Below are positions 1 to 13,557 of a DNA stretch of 64,000 nucleotides, piece by piece. The position numbers and the translations under genes are program-made. Position 1 is the stretch's first letter; the number at the start of each line of letters is the position of its first letter. The notes under the pieces are model-generated. The model was given only the letters and a program-made list of their open reading frames with translations, made no database searches and was not told where the DNA came from. The stretch lies in NCBI GenBank assembly GCA_964035545.1, contig OZ037772.1, forward strand, positions 11,902,818-11,966,817, written 5' to 3'. The stretch comes from Bugula neritina (Eukaryota; Animalia; Bryozoa).

Positions 1-1605
1 GTCTTTGTAATATATTGTAATATTGTTTCTCATTCCAACACCAGTTATGAGTCATAAGGACTTCTGCTTATAGACTTCCATCACTCCTAGCGTTGAGTAC
101 ATCAACGGGCAGTTTTAGTTTTTCATCTTTCCTTGAAATTCTGTCGAATCAAACTCTCTCTTCGGGAAACTCATTACTTGTCTGTCAAACATGTTCATTT
201 GATTCACAACCTCTTAGAGTATTGTGTTTATGTTGCACTAGATTGCTGTAGACTTTGCACAGACTACAATGGCATGTGTTACTACTCTCTGCATATTATA
301 ATTCATTTACTAACTCATTTCAGCTGTACAAACAGGTACTGAGTAAGTGAGTGCGAGTGGGTGTGGCACCGACTGAGTTCACAGTTTGCTTGTTTGACTG
401 CTTTCTCAGCTTTAGTTTTTAGACTTTTGGCTTTCCTGTTACAAGCATGGCCTCAGTTCTCACTTTCTTTAGCCTCTGCTCAGTTACTTCCTGTTTTTAC
501 TTGTTGTTATTGTTCAACATCTGTAGACTCGGGCGACACAGGTATAGTGATACGCTATTCTTCCATATATGGTCATAAATTCTGTAAGATGATCCACACG
601 GCCGCGCCTCTTTGCTCTCACAGCTAATGATCTCTTACCACTTACCACTGTTCGTCTCCAAATTATTTATTATAAAATTATTTTTATTTTATTAATATTT
701 TGTTGATTTTAATAATATTATATTGATTTTTTTGGGTTGCAAAGGTTCAAATCATTCTCTACAAAAATCTAAAAACCTTAGGCTTAATTATATTATGCAT
801 CTACAATGCGAGTCTTGAGAAAAGATTTGGAAGTAATCACTAATCTGTTGGACAAATACTGGTTGCCTAGTAACGACCAATCCTTGACTTCCTGTTTACC
901 TGCTTTTCCAACTGGTATAGCGGAGACTGTGCGGCTGTCAGTTTGCCTTTAGCTCTGTGATTGGCTGCATAGTTTCTAGGTCAAAGGCTAAAGCTATAAC
1001 CTGTAGCGAAGAAACATTCCACCAAATATGGGCAATGATTATGTAGAAATATCCCCGCAGCAGTATTTCAGGTTTTGAACAACGCTCTCCCTATACCAGC
1101 TCACTGTACAGCCATGCATGACCTCCATGACTTGTCTCCCCTGTACCGCAGCTTCACTTCCAGCTCCTTCCTCTCTCACCTTGTCTATGTTCCTTCCTGG
1201 GGGAAGTGGGTAGTTTATATTGTCTGCATGTAGTCATACACCATGTAATACGTTTTATCTCTCTGTATCTTTAGCAATATCAGGTATGTTATGGTAGCCC
1301 GCTCTTTAAATGCTATCACAACTCTACTTGACCTCTATATCTCCAATTTGACCTTTATCTCATGCTTAAATATATCTCATCCTTGACTTTCATCTCATGC
1401 TTATAGACTCTATTTGTAACACTGGTTTCCTATTAGCATATATCATTAGCATTAAAATAAATTGCTTGTTGCCTAACATTTCCTATAACTACTCAAGGCT
1501 GGCTTTCTCATTCCAGTTCACAAAAGTTCTAGGTTTCACAAATAATTGATTAAATAGTTTGTTTTCTGAATATTATGTTTATTAGGTTTGTTTTCTGGTT
1601 GCCAG

Positions 1606-4600
1606 GTGATAAGAAAGGGCTGGCTGCAACTTCACAACGTCAGTTTTCTGAAGGGAGGTAACAAAGAATTCTGGTTTGTTTTGACTGCAGAGACAATCTG
1701 CTGGTTCAAAGATGATGAGGTAAATTCTTAGAAAACAAATCATGTTTTATTTACACCTAAACTGTATTGAATATTGTTTAGAAAAAATTGTCTAATTGAT
1801 GGCTGAAGGTGTTAAAATATCATTCTTTTTATTTTGTTTCCGTAGACTTGTAAACAAGCATTTGATTGGCTGTGTTTTTTAACTCAAAGGCCTATAAACT
1901 TCTGCTACATCTCGTCACTACCATCTCATTGATCTCAAGTTGAGTAATTACTGTCTTCCTGTAGGAAAAGGACAAGAAGTTCCTCTTGCCGCTGGACAAC
2001 ATTAAGGTGAAGGACGTTGATTCTGGTTTCATGTCAAAGCGACACAACTTCGCCCTTTTCAACACAGAGGGAAGAAACACATACAAAGACCATAAAGGTA
2101 CACAAGAAGGCTCTATGTAAATTTACTACTTGACATTTACCACCTTATTGGCTGCGTGTGGCTCTAGGAGAATTGTCCGCTCTTACTTAGTAAACTGCGG
2201 TCAGTGGGATTTAGTATCGTGTGTTATAAATTACTCAAAGTGAATGCAGGATAGTACAAAGGGTCTAACGGCACGGTGCCTCATGAAATAGAATCAGTTC
2301 AGGATAAGTTTAGATATCTTCGAACCTTCGGTTACTGACCAGTCTTATTGTTAGCATAACGTGTAGTATACGCAGCAGCCACTGAGGCAGCAGTAGCTGT
2401 CAATAGCTGCCATTGGGCAGACTAACAGACAGACTGATTTGTTGCAGAGTTGCAGCTGTCGTGTGAATCAGCGGATGAGTTGGACTCTTGGAAGGCGTCG
2501 CTGCTTCGTGCCGGAGTCTATCCCCAGAGAGACTCAGAGGCGGAGAACGGCAGCACTAAGGTGAGAGTTGTGTCCCCTTCTACCTGTGAGCTGGATGTTT
2601 AGCCTGAGTAACCTGTGTATAGATAGTGACCTTCAACTTAGAGTATGGATAGTAAGGTCAAGGTCTATTGTAGAGGGAGGACCACGGCACTCTCGATCCT
2701 CAACTGGAGAGACAGGTGGAGACAATCAGAAACCTCGTCGACTCGTACATGAAGATAGTAAACAAGACAACAAGGGACATGACTCCTAAAACCATTATAC
2801 ATCTAGTCATCAATAAGGTGAGATGTACAGCAAGGAGCAGAACTAACAAACCCTTTTCCTATGTCCCTGATGTTCAATTGATAAGTTAAGAGTTGTGACC
2901 TCTTATTAGGTACATACCTTAATGAAGGTTCTATTAACCAGAGTGGTGGCAGCCAACACACCGAATGATTTATGAGATTTATATCTTAGCTGCCACTGCA
3001 GCATTTCTCGATGACCTTAAAAATTCTTTTTTTCACAAGTTTATTATAAATAAATGCTAGCAAGTAATTTTTTGAGCTGCTAATATGATTGTTATGTTAT
3101 TTGTTATTTACTTGTTATTTATTCTCTAAGATAGCAAGTATATATCAGAGTTTGGGTTTTATATAGCAGTAAAGCTTTAAATTTTCCATCGTGCTGCTCT
3201 CCATAATAAAGTTGAATTATGTACCTGTTAAGGGGGCACAACCCTAAATTATAAGCTGAATATCAGGAGCATTGATACAGGGTCTATTGTATATCTTGTA
3301 TATTTACATGGTGGTCATTCTAAGGTAAATCAACACTAAGCTCACCCTTACAGTCTCGAGATCTAATCTCTTTTGACCCTCACAGATAAAAGACTTTGCC
3401 GTCGGCGACCTACTTTCCCACCTCTACACTCTGGCCAATCAGGAAGAGCTGATGGAGGAATCCGAAGAGGAAGTCTCCAAAAGAGAGGAAATTCTCAAAA
3501 TGTATCATTCCACTAAAGAGGCTCTCAAAATAATCAGTAAGTTTCCGCAGGTCGCACCTTTTACTCACTAATAGTCTGCAGGTCGCACCTTTTACTCACT
3601 AATAGTCTGCAGGTCGCACCTTTTACTCACTAATAATCTGCAGGTCGCACCTTTTACTCACTAATAGTCCGCAGGTTGCACCTTTTACTCACTACTAATC
3701 TGCAGGTTACACCTTTCAGTCATTCTAACTGTCTTTGGATTACACTTTTTAGTCATTGGTAGTTTCTAGACTCAAATTTGTCCTCCACCATTTCCTATCA
3801 CTGTTGAGTTTATAATATCAGATATTGATGATGTCATCAGTTATGTTGCTCCATTTCAGGTGACGTAAGCACGCATACCGTCAGCACCTCTCTCCCTCCT
3901 CCGGTCACCACTGATTGGATAAAGAATGAAGAGGCCAACAGAGGCCCGTCGCCTGTTGCGGCTGTCAACAATATCCCTGCGTAAGTCTCACACAGTGGAG
4001 TTCAAGGTCATACACTCTGTTTGGGTCAAAGTCGTTTAATGTGTGTGCCCGGGAAAGTATTCTCTTGTAATGCTGCAGCTAACATGGAAGTAGCGCGAGT
4101 TCTGTCTATACGTGTCTTGTGATTACAGGAGGTCTACCTCTCCCCTGCCCGCCTCGTCCAGGAGACAAGCCCCTGGGCTACCCAACAGACCAGCTCCTGG
4201 ACCCCCTAGTAGATCCGCTCCTAGTATACCTGCACGGCCAGGTACTCAACCTGCGGGAGGACTTCCACCACCCCTCATACCAACGTAGGTGTTTAAGATG
4301 TTTGCTTCCCGTTTAACTGACATGTTTGTTGATACCTAAAGTGCTGGCTAGCATTTGTCCTGTACTGTAGAATGACTAGTGTTTACTTTTGTACTGTAGA
4401 GTGACTAGTGTTTGTCCTCTACTGTAAAGTGACTAGTGTTTGTCCTCTACTGTAGAGTAACTAGTGTTTACTCCTGTACTGTCTAATTTTTAGTGTTAAT
4501 TGTCTATTTTGTAACTATTTAAGATCTGCCAGTGCCATTGCCGACGCAGCTAAGTATGTCTATTTCGTAACTACCTGTTGCTTTGAATCCACCTAAATAG

Positions 4601-7600
4601 CCATTATTCTATGCAGCCTTGGTATTGCATGCCAATAGCGGGGTTGGTGGCCCACAAACTCAACTAATACTGTACATAGAACTGAGGCTCTCGTAAATGT
4701 TGTATGTCTCTGGATTGCATGGGTTCCTTCAGTTATACGTTTTTGTGTTGTGGGGGGCTGTGTCAGGGTCAACGGCGTAACGGCTGTAGATGTGCTCTGG
4801 TTTCCTGCTCCGGAATGTTCTGTTGTATGGGACTTCCTTCACGCTGCTCTTTCATCTGGAACTGGTGTTGCTTTATCTCTACCAGCTGAGTAGCCTGTCA
4901 CTACTTTCTACCAGCTCTCTCTATGCTAAACTACTTTCTACCAGCTCTCTCTATGCTAATTACTCTCCGCATCTCTTTTCCAAACTCCTATTTATGGCAT
5001 TCATTTCACCGTTTCATAAACATACGCAAAGCTAGCGATATATTAGTTGTCCTTCCACCTGTTTCTCTATCTCAACATATATCATTTGACATTCCAATAG
5101 TTTGCAGGATCATTTTCAGTGCTTCTTTATTGGTGGGTAGCTCTTTTCCCTGCGGCTTTACTTCTTGTCATTTCACAGCATGTCACTAGTGTTGGAGTAG
5201 TAGATATAGTGTAGTAACACACCATACTGGCAATTCTAAAAATGCAGCAAATATTCAACGCACTCTCTTTCATATTCTATATCACAGCAAACGGATGTAA
5301 ACTTATCTCAATTTCATCAATTATATAATCACTTGAATGTAAACTTGCAGCAAGAAGATGTTTCCTTTTTATTTATTAATTGATCAGTTAGAATCCTGTT
5401 GCTATGGTGATAGAATCTCGTATTCTGATTGGATGACAGTATTTCCAGTTGTTCTGTTCTCGGCTTCTTCCACTTCCAGAGTTGACATCTTTTTTCTCTA
5501 AAACTTTCCTTGTAGAACTTGATGTTTGCATGTTCACCAAACTTTCTCATTCCTTTAGACTTGGTATTGGAACCAGTGCATGTCATATGTATTCATTGTA
5601 TAGGATTTTATTCATGCAATATAGTAATATAATATAATGTAGTAATATAATATAATGTAGTAATACGATGCAGTAATATAATGTAATAATAATATATATA
5701 CCCACTCCGCTACCTCTTTCACCGCAGATATGTCATTTTTTGCTGCTTTACTTACATAAGAATCGGTTTCAATTAAACCAAAGTATTTTTTGCTAAATTT
5801 GAGTCTCATCTTATTCAACATGTTATATATTGCCACTGTTCTGTATTTTCCTAACAGTTGTTAAACTTTATTTAATATTTTCGTTATTAAAGAATTTTCT
5901 CTTACTCTGAAGGTCATTAAAGCTAATGGCTATTGCCTCCTTTCAACTATTTCTAGTAAAACAATTGTCATACTAATTATCATATTTAGAAAATTTTCAC
6001 GCCTCCCTTTTACCACCATATTAGGGAGTTTTCTCTCCTTGCTCTTTCACCCACCACTTATATTTTTAATCTTTAGACTCACCAAGAGCTCTCAGCCGCT
6101 GATCAAGTTTTAGCTTGATCTCTTCATTTGTAAGTTAACACACCTCTCCTAACTTGTGCTTCGTAGTTCAGGCTTACCAACTCCTCCGAGCATGCCCGGT
6201 GTCTGGTACTTCCTGCCTTTGCAGTATACACTAGTATCTCCACATCTAGGTCGGCACAGCGTAGACACCTGGCTGGTTGACAAGTCTGGAAAGGAAGTAG
6301 GCGTGGCTTTGTAGTGTCTGCTGGTGACAGAGTATGGATGAGATGGTAGTTGGGTTGAAAACCTTGATCTGTGGCTGTCCTGAATCTGTGTTTCATATTA
6401 GAAAAATCTATTAGTTGGTGCCTTTTAAAATTGGGCTAAACCAACCGCTAGTAGTTCAGCTTCGGAATCAGATACCAATGCTGCTGACACAGGTGTACTG
6501 CCAGTACCAGACACCGGAATGCTCTATTTATGTGTTATTTGTTCTTAGAGGTTTGTGTGTTTAATTTCTGCTCTAACATATTGTTGGTGGTGTTTATTCA
6601 GTACATACAGTGTATACTTCTCTGTCTCGCCTACTACTTCACTCTTGTCATCTGCACTAGCTGAATACCAGGCACCTTTTGATTTGTTATCTTTTGTCAA
6701 AATATTTTCAAACTTTACTGTAAATAAAAAGTGCAACTTTTTCTAATTAAAGGAGTGCCTCTAGATCTCTCTTTGGTCTTGTGAGGAATTCTAAGTACAC
6801 TGCTGCAGTTTGTCAATCTAAGGAAACTACTTCAACATAGTCAGGCTAATTTATGATACTTTTTGGTCGAGACCCCCTTTTTGTCTTCATGAGTCCAAGC
6901 TGCATACTTTAATACATGATCATTCATAGCTGCCTACTGTTGACACTTTTCAGTTGAAACACCTGCTGACACTTGACATGCTGGTGACACTTGACTTAAT
7001 GGTGACACTTGACATACTGGTGACACTTGGCATGCTGGTGACACTTGCTGACACTTGACTTACTGGTGACACTTGACATACTGGTGACACTTGCCAGTGT
7101 AATTTAGGTTGACAGAAACATGCACTTGCTAGCTCCTTGGTTCTCCTGTTGTCTAAAGTTATTTAATTTGTTTATTCCTAAGTATTTTTTGTTCTGTTTT
7201 CTTTAAAGTTGTTTAGTGTAAGGTTTTCAATAACAATGGGACTCCTCTCATCTCTCACCTCATTTATTCACAAGTCATCCCTTCTCTATGTACACCATCA
7301 CTAGTTTAGCTTTAGTTCTTCGGTTTAGCCTGAGTTCAACTAACATGTTTTGCATAAACTCTAAGCATCTGTTCTAATAAGTTACCTTATCCTTGGCCAG
7401 TAGTATGTCATGTTATTTGTTGTGTTATTAACTATTATTTCTACATTATCGTTAAGTTGCAGGATAAGTGCTTCTATTCTGAAGTTGTCTTCACCATAAA
7501 ATAGTTTAGTTTAAATTTAGCTGAGGTCTTTTATTTTGATGTTGTGGAATACGTCATTATTCTCTCCCACCCATACTAATCCAAAGGTCTCTAGTCATTA

Positions 7601-8947
7601 TTGTACTTATTGCTAATTATTAATTTATATTCAGAATGTAGTATCAAGGTTACACATCTGATGTGTGCTAAGGACTGGTGCCACTGCTGCCAGTGAAGTT
7701 GACTAAACATCATTTGTGTGCAGTCTATATGGTGTAATATTACTTGTTCAAGGATCAATGCTGCCTTTTAGTTTGTCAGCAGTCAATGTCTTTACTTGAC
7801 AGTCATTGGCCGAGGCAATATATTTTAAAATTGTAATTTAAAGCCATAATTGTGATTATATATAATCATGTTACTCTGTATACTTTTGACAGCATTGTTG
7901 TGTCTCCCAGTAAAACGTGAGTTAAGCTCCGACACTGTTGCCATTGTTTATTTTAGCCTGAGTTCTCACTTGGTGCACTGGTTTTCTCTCCACTCGGTTT
8001 TGTAGTCTTCACTGTAGGCTCTCCGCACTTGGTTGTGTTATTTGTAGACATCATTGTGTTATTTTTAGACGTCTATCATAGCTATATATGTTGTCAAGCC
8101 TGAATAAAATTTTGAAATAAAAATACTTTGCTTGAAACATGTTGTATCCAGCTTTATCTGCAGTCAGCGTAAGACTAGATATTCTCAGCTACTATTATAT
8201 ATGATGAGACAACTCCAAGATTATTCATAGTTTAGTACATTGTTACCAGGTTTTGTTAACATGTTTAAATTATGTAATACTGTTTGTTACTAAAATTTCA
8301 CCTGGTAAAACCTTAGCACCAGCAGGAGTTTGTGACTATTTTGATGTCAGGTTTTTAAGTTTTCATTTCTTGTAAATCTAATTTTCATTAGCAGTTATTT
8401 TAAAACTTTTTATTCATAATTGAGCCATTAGCTGGTGCCAATACAGTCAATGTTGTAATCTTATTGTTTGCTATTAGCTGTAATACTACTAAATGGTCTT
8501 CTATTCAGTTTTCTCTAGATTTTCCAACAGCCTATGCACAGTTAGTTTCCTACACGTCACATTTTTTAATATTTTTCGTTGACTCTTTTCCGAAGTTGAA
8601 ATCATTGGAGAGCTTCAGATTTTATCTAAAATATTGTTGAAACATTAACAAGAAAAATTCTACCTAGTATAAAATGCAATTTTACAGATTCATAGCATTG
8701 GGCCTGGAGTTATTGTAGAACCCACTTTTTTATGCACACATTTTAATGCCAGCTGAATATATATCTGTATATTTTGAAAAAAGTGTCACTAAATTTAATT
8801 GGATATTGAGAATGTAAAAGCGTTTCCATGACAACTAGATCCTAGCTATATTAATTACCATTTGTTGTTTTTCTTTACAGGAGACCAGTTTCAGGTGTTG
8901 GGGGCAGAGTAGCGGGACGTCCCGACATTCCAGCTCGACCTCACTGA
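1606..8947 (+). CDS. DNM1: Dynamin (classical), 3' portion: PH domain, GED and proline-rich domain; 5' exons lie upstream of the window
   Basis: Phase-compatible GT-AG exons: 1606-1719 ([38 protein letters not shown]), 1965-2097 ([44 protein letters not shown]), 2448-2560 ([25 protein letters not shown]), 2674-2817 ([41 protein letters not shown]), 3386-3536 ([29 protein letters not shown]), 3860-3980 and 4129-4284 (PRD), terminal exon 8881-8947 ([21 protein letters not shown]). The symbol denotes the classical dynamin class, not vertebrate paralog orthology. Confidence 0.96.
3546..3716. repeat. Intronic minisatellite, 31-bp unit, about 5.5 copies
   Basis: gcaggtcgcaccttttactcactaatagtct repeated just after a dynamin donor site. 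Confidence 0.9.
6077..6113 (+). CDS. Candidate alternative terminal exon of dynamin ([11 protein letters not shown])
   Basis: Pyrimidine tract and TTTAG acceptor; phase 2 matches the PRD exon ending at 4284; AATAAA downstream at 6723. Confidence 0.5.
6965..7095. repeat. Minisatellite, ~19-bp unit (ctggtgacacttgac...)
   Basis: About 7 direct tandem copies. Confidence 0.8.
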
Positions 8948-10682
8948 CACTTAGTCTATTAATAGTTCAGAATATTTACCTCATATTTACAACAGAATGT
9001 CTTAGCCTTAGTTTTATACTGCCAGTTGATTACCGAGACATGATTATTTATATGCATTGGCTCAGCTCCTCAGGCTACGATGAATGTAAAAGTCTGAGTG
9101 CCAATAATTTATATCCCGGAACTTAGCCTATTGACTCTCTGGTAGTGGAATACAGTTTTTTATTTTTTTCATCAGTGTTGTTGGATATATTTTTTGTAAG
9201 GCGTTGTATTATACTGACTTCTTCATGTTATTTGTAGCTTCAAATTAGACTGTCTTTCAAATTCACTCCGTTTTTGATTTTCTCCAGATCCTTGTCACCC
9301 TTAAGCCTGACTATTTATGAAATTGTAAATATTATATATGATATGATATTATAATAGGATTAATTGTTAGATTATTGGCTCACTGTATTTCACTTTAACA
9401 GTAATAGTCCTATACTTTATTTTGTACTAGTGAATTAATTGCGTAATAAATATGTTTTAATTTGAAGATTTGCATTCCATTTCTGGGTACTTGTAAGTTT
9501 TTGAAATCATCTAATTTTCTTATGCAAACCTGCAAGTTGCAACATATTGTGTTGGAAAATGAAAATTATTTTATGCATGAATAGCAAATTGTAAATTGTG
9601 AAATATTGATAAGCTTCTAAAAAGCGTCATGTGATACATATACATAAATTCTCTATATTCACAGCGATAGTAGATTTGCAGGGGTCGTGCACGATTTTAG
9701 TAATGAACCCCATGCTTAAGTAACATAATTGTAAGTGTCACACTTTTTGCCTCATCATGCACTCTAACGTCATTAAATGCATACATACTTACGGAGTTGT
9801 CTGTCTACAACTTATTCTGTTGTGTAGTAGTAATAAATATCTAAACTAAAATGACTACTGCTTATTATTTTCTCTTCAATTTAAAAAATTGATTTTATTT
9901 TTTATTGTAACAAAAATAATTTAATATATTTTCAACAACTGAGTTCGTTTTCGTTTCAAATTATGTTAATTGGAGGCTAAGCTTGTCAATGACCCGCGAA
10001 ATATTAAATGTCGAAAATTATTGCATTCTGGGAATACAAATTTATCAGAAAGATTTGTTAAAAGCGTACTCTCTAATCTTGCCACAATTGCATTCACTGC
10101 TGCAGAACTTTGGATAAATATCGCCAAGTAGTTATTTATTTTAATATTTCAAGATAATTAATTATGAGCTAATATTAATTGGGCTAAATGATATTATAAG
10201 CTAAGTAGAATCATCATGATAATCACTTTCAATTTCACTATCAATCATTCAATGATTATCACAATGATAATGTTATCATAATGATAATGATTGTCATTAT
10301 AATAATCATAATGTTAATATTGATAATATGACTGATAATTAACTTTAAACTGGTGATAAGATATCTTTTTCTTCGTTTTAGAGTAAATATAAAAATAAAA
10401 TCAAAACATTGCAGAATATCCTTACTACAGTACTAGTACTAGTAGTATTAGTACCTATACTACTGTGGTAGTAGTAGTAGCAGCAGCGGCAGAAGTGGCA
10501 GCAGCAGCCGTAGTTATTATAATTACTACTATGCGAGTATACTTATAGTTATATTATTAGTAATGGCATATATGATAATAGTTATAACGATAGCCCTAAT
10601 TATTATAAGTATGGCTATTGGCATAGGCTTGATAATTACTGAAAGTAAAAGCAAATTAATATCAATATCAACAATACTGCTA

Positions 10683-12330
10683 TAGCTGAATCTTTTGCGG
10701 ACTCCTTTGCTTCTGTGTTTTCTATTGATGATGGTAATATCCCTCCCTGCATTCCACCTCAAACTATATCATCTCCTATACAATTTGATCCTCGGGGAGT
10801 CCTAACACAGCTCACCAAACTCGATCCACGAAAAGGTGCTGGCCCAGATGAGCTTTCTCCTGCACTTCTAAAATATCTTGCACATTATATATATGAGCCC
10901 CTGACAAAGGTTTTTCAGTACTTTTACGATACATCTCAGACACCACAAGACTGGAAAACAGCAAACATTGTACCGATCTTCAAGAAAGGAAGTCGTACAG
11001 ACCCGCTGAATTACAGGCCAATATCACTCACTTCTATCATATCCAAAATCTTCGAGCATATCGTATCACATAATATCAACTGTTTCCTCGAATCAAATGA
11101 CCTGTTTTACCCACACCAACATGGTTTCAGGACAAATCATGGCTGCGATACTCAGTTGTTGAATACCGTGAGTGAATTTATAGATTTTTTCGATGAAATG
11201 ATACCGGTTGACCTCGCTGTCTTGGATTTTTCGAAGGCCTTTGACGTTGTGTCGCACCATAAACTACAGGTTAAACTGCTAAAGATCGGAATAGCTGATA
11301 AAACTGTCAAATGGATTTTTTCATGGCTTCAGAACCGTCTTCTTTCAGTCTGTGTCAACACTGTCAAATCGGCCACTAGACATGTGACCTCAGGAGTGCC
11401 CCAAGGCAGTGTATTAGGACCATTGTTATTTAATGTGTACATAAATGACATGCACTCTGCGGTAGCCAACAGCAAGCTTAAACTATATGCAGATGATTCC
11501 TTGTTGTACAAACCAATCACAACACCTGCTGATTCTAGTTTATTTCAAAATGACTTAGACCATCTTATAACTTGGGCAGACAGTTCTCAGATGAAGTTCA
11601 ATATAAAGAAATGTGAGCATATGACAATTCAACGCTCCACTGTAAATCCTCTAGTGTCTCAATACAGCATGAATAATGACCCCTTACAATGTGTTGACAA
11701 AGTACTATACCTTGGTGTCACGATTGATAATAAACTGTCATTCGACCAACATATAATGAACATTTGCTCAAAAGCTAATAAATTATTACACATGCTGATG
11801 CGCTGTCTAAAAAAGGCTAAAAGTAAAACCAGAGCCATAGCTTATAAAACAGTCTGTCGCCCTACTCTAGAATTTGCGACCCACACCTGGTCTCCATTTA
11901 AATTGAAAAACATCAACATCATAGAAGGTATAAATAGAAAAGCCTTCAGGTGGACATTCTGTAAGAGAAAACGAGACCATATAACTGTGCTCATGACAAA
12001 TTCTAATTGGGATAGCCTTGCACAAAGACGTGACAATGCAGACCAAAAAATGTACTTTCGTATGCTTTCTGGTAGTGCCGCTATAGACCAAGACCGGTTC
12101 TCCCTTCATTTTGCAGAGTCTCACAATACCAGACATGGTGCTATTAAGGGCAATATCAATACCAAAACTGCCAAACATTCATATAAACATCGCATCCATA
12201 AACTTTTCTAATGATTCTAGCTGCTTTGCCTAACTGATTATAAGCACTTAACGCCGACTCTGCTTTATATCATCTGAAGCTGTGCGGTGTATATTTATTT
12301 ATTTATTTACTTTTTTTTTCTCTTTTTTTC
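10683..12330 (+). mobile_element. 5'-truncated non-LTR retrotransposon (CR1/L2-group LINE) with uninterrupted reverse transcriptase ORF (10715-12211)
   Basis: RT motifs GPDE, WKTANIVPIFKKG, NYRPISLTS, QHGFR, DFSKAFD, GVPQGSVLGPLLF, YADD, YLGV. No endonuclease domain. (ATTT)n/T-rich tail near 12290-12330; 3' end approximate. Confidence 0.93.
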
Positions 12331-13557
12331 TTCCCTGGCAGTAGCTAGCTATTGAGCTTTGAATCAAAGCAAAATTAACTATATTCTTATCTCGAAGACA
12401 AAATGGTTTTCCTCCTTACTACTGATAATCTAAACAATTGTTCATACACCACTGCATCTCGATAATGGAGCCAAAGCGCTCCGAGTGAGATTAATTAGAT
12501 GAGATGAGATGAGATGAATAATAGTATCAGCATGAGCATGGCTTGTAATTAGGGTAGTCATCTTTTTATAGTAAAATTGACTAAACTGCAATATGGATCT
12601 GAAATTTAATAAAATACTATATCCTTGTAAAATAAATGTTTTGGGCATAATTATTCATATTCATAGTGAATAGCTATAATTGTAAATTTAAGTTTATCAA
12701 TAACTATTATATTGCAAAAAACCTTGTATCAACACTTCATGAGGTTAATATGTGTTGTGAATTTAATCTGACAATAGTACCATGCTAAAACTAAAATTAT
12801 ATAATTATATATTATGTAAGAACGTCAAAGAGAAACAGGTCTAAAACTATTATTATATTATAATATTTAAGAAGGTCACAGAGAGAGTTTGCTTTCACGA
12901 AACAGCTCTATGATGAGGCAGAAGAAAATCATTATGTAGTGCAGATGGTTGGTGATAGTGAGGGTGATGATGATGGTGACAAGACAAGTTGTGTTGCTTA
13001 AGTAAGTTTTCTCACAGATACTGCTAAAGAAAAGTTGTCCATTACCCCAGCCTAATACAAGCCTTCAACTCTGTAAACTGTTTCTGTTAAGGTGGTTGTT
13101 GAGTTGACTGATAACATGTGCTGTGATGAGAGCCGTCAAGTAGATGCTGCCTTTCAGGTAATTCAGAAGTAAACTTACAAAGATTATTGTTGTATAACTT
13201 AATTTTGTAAATAATTGTAAATACATTTCTTGTAGTCTAATAATAACAGGACAGTCAGATGATATGATATGAGCAAGAGAATTGCCCATGTAATGTGTTT
13301 AGTTTTTGTTTACATTTTTGTATAATTGTAGATTGGATACTTGCATACCCACCAGTTAGATGAGTTTGTGTTACACTCAAGTGTGTGATGCACCGTAATT
13401 TCATATAAAGTCATGCAATGCAACAATGGGATGTGACGTTACATCCTACAGTGTGTTGTGGTTATAAACTGCTAGACAAAGAAGTATTAGTGCATTAAAC
13501 CATGTAGGTGTAGACATAGTGTGTTAGTATGTCTGCAAGTATAACTTACTCTAACAG

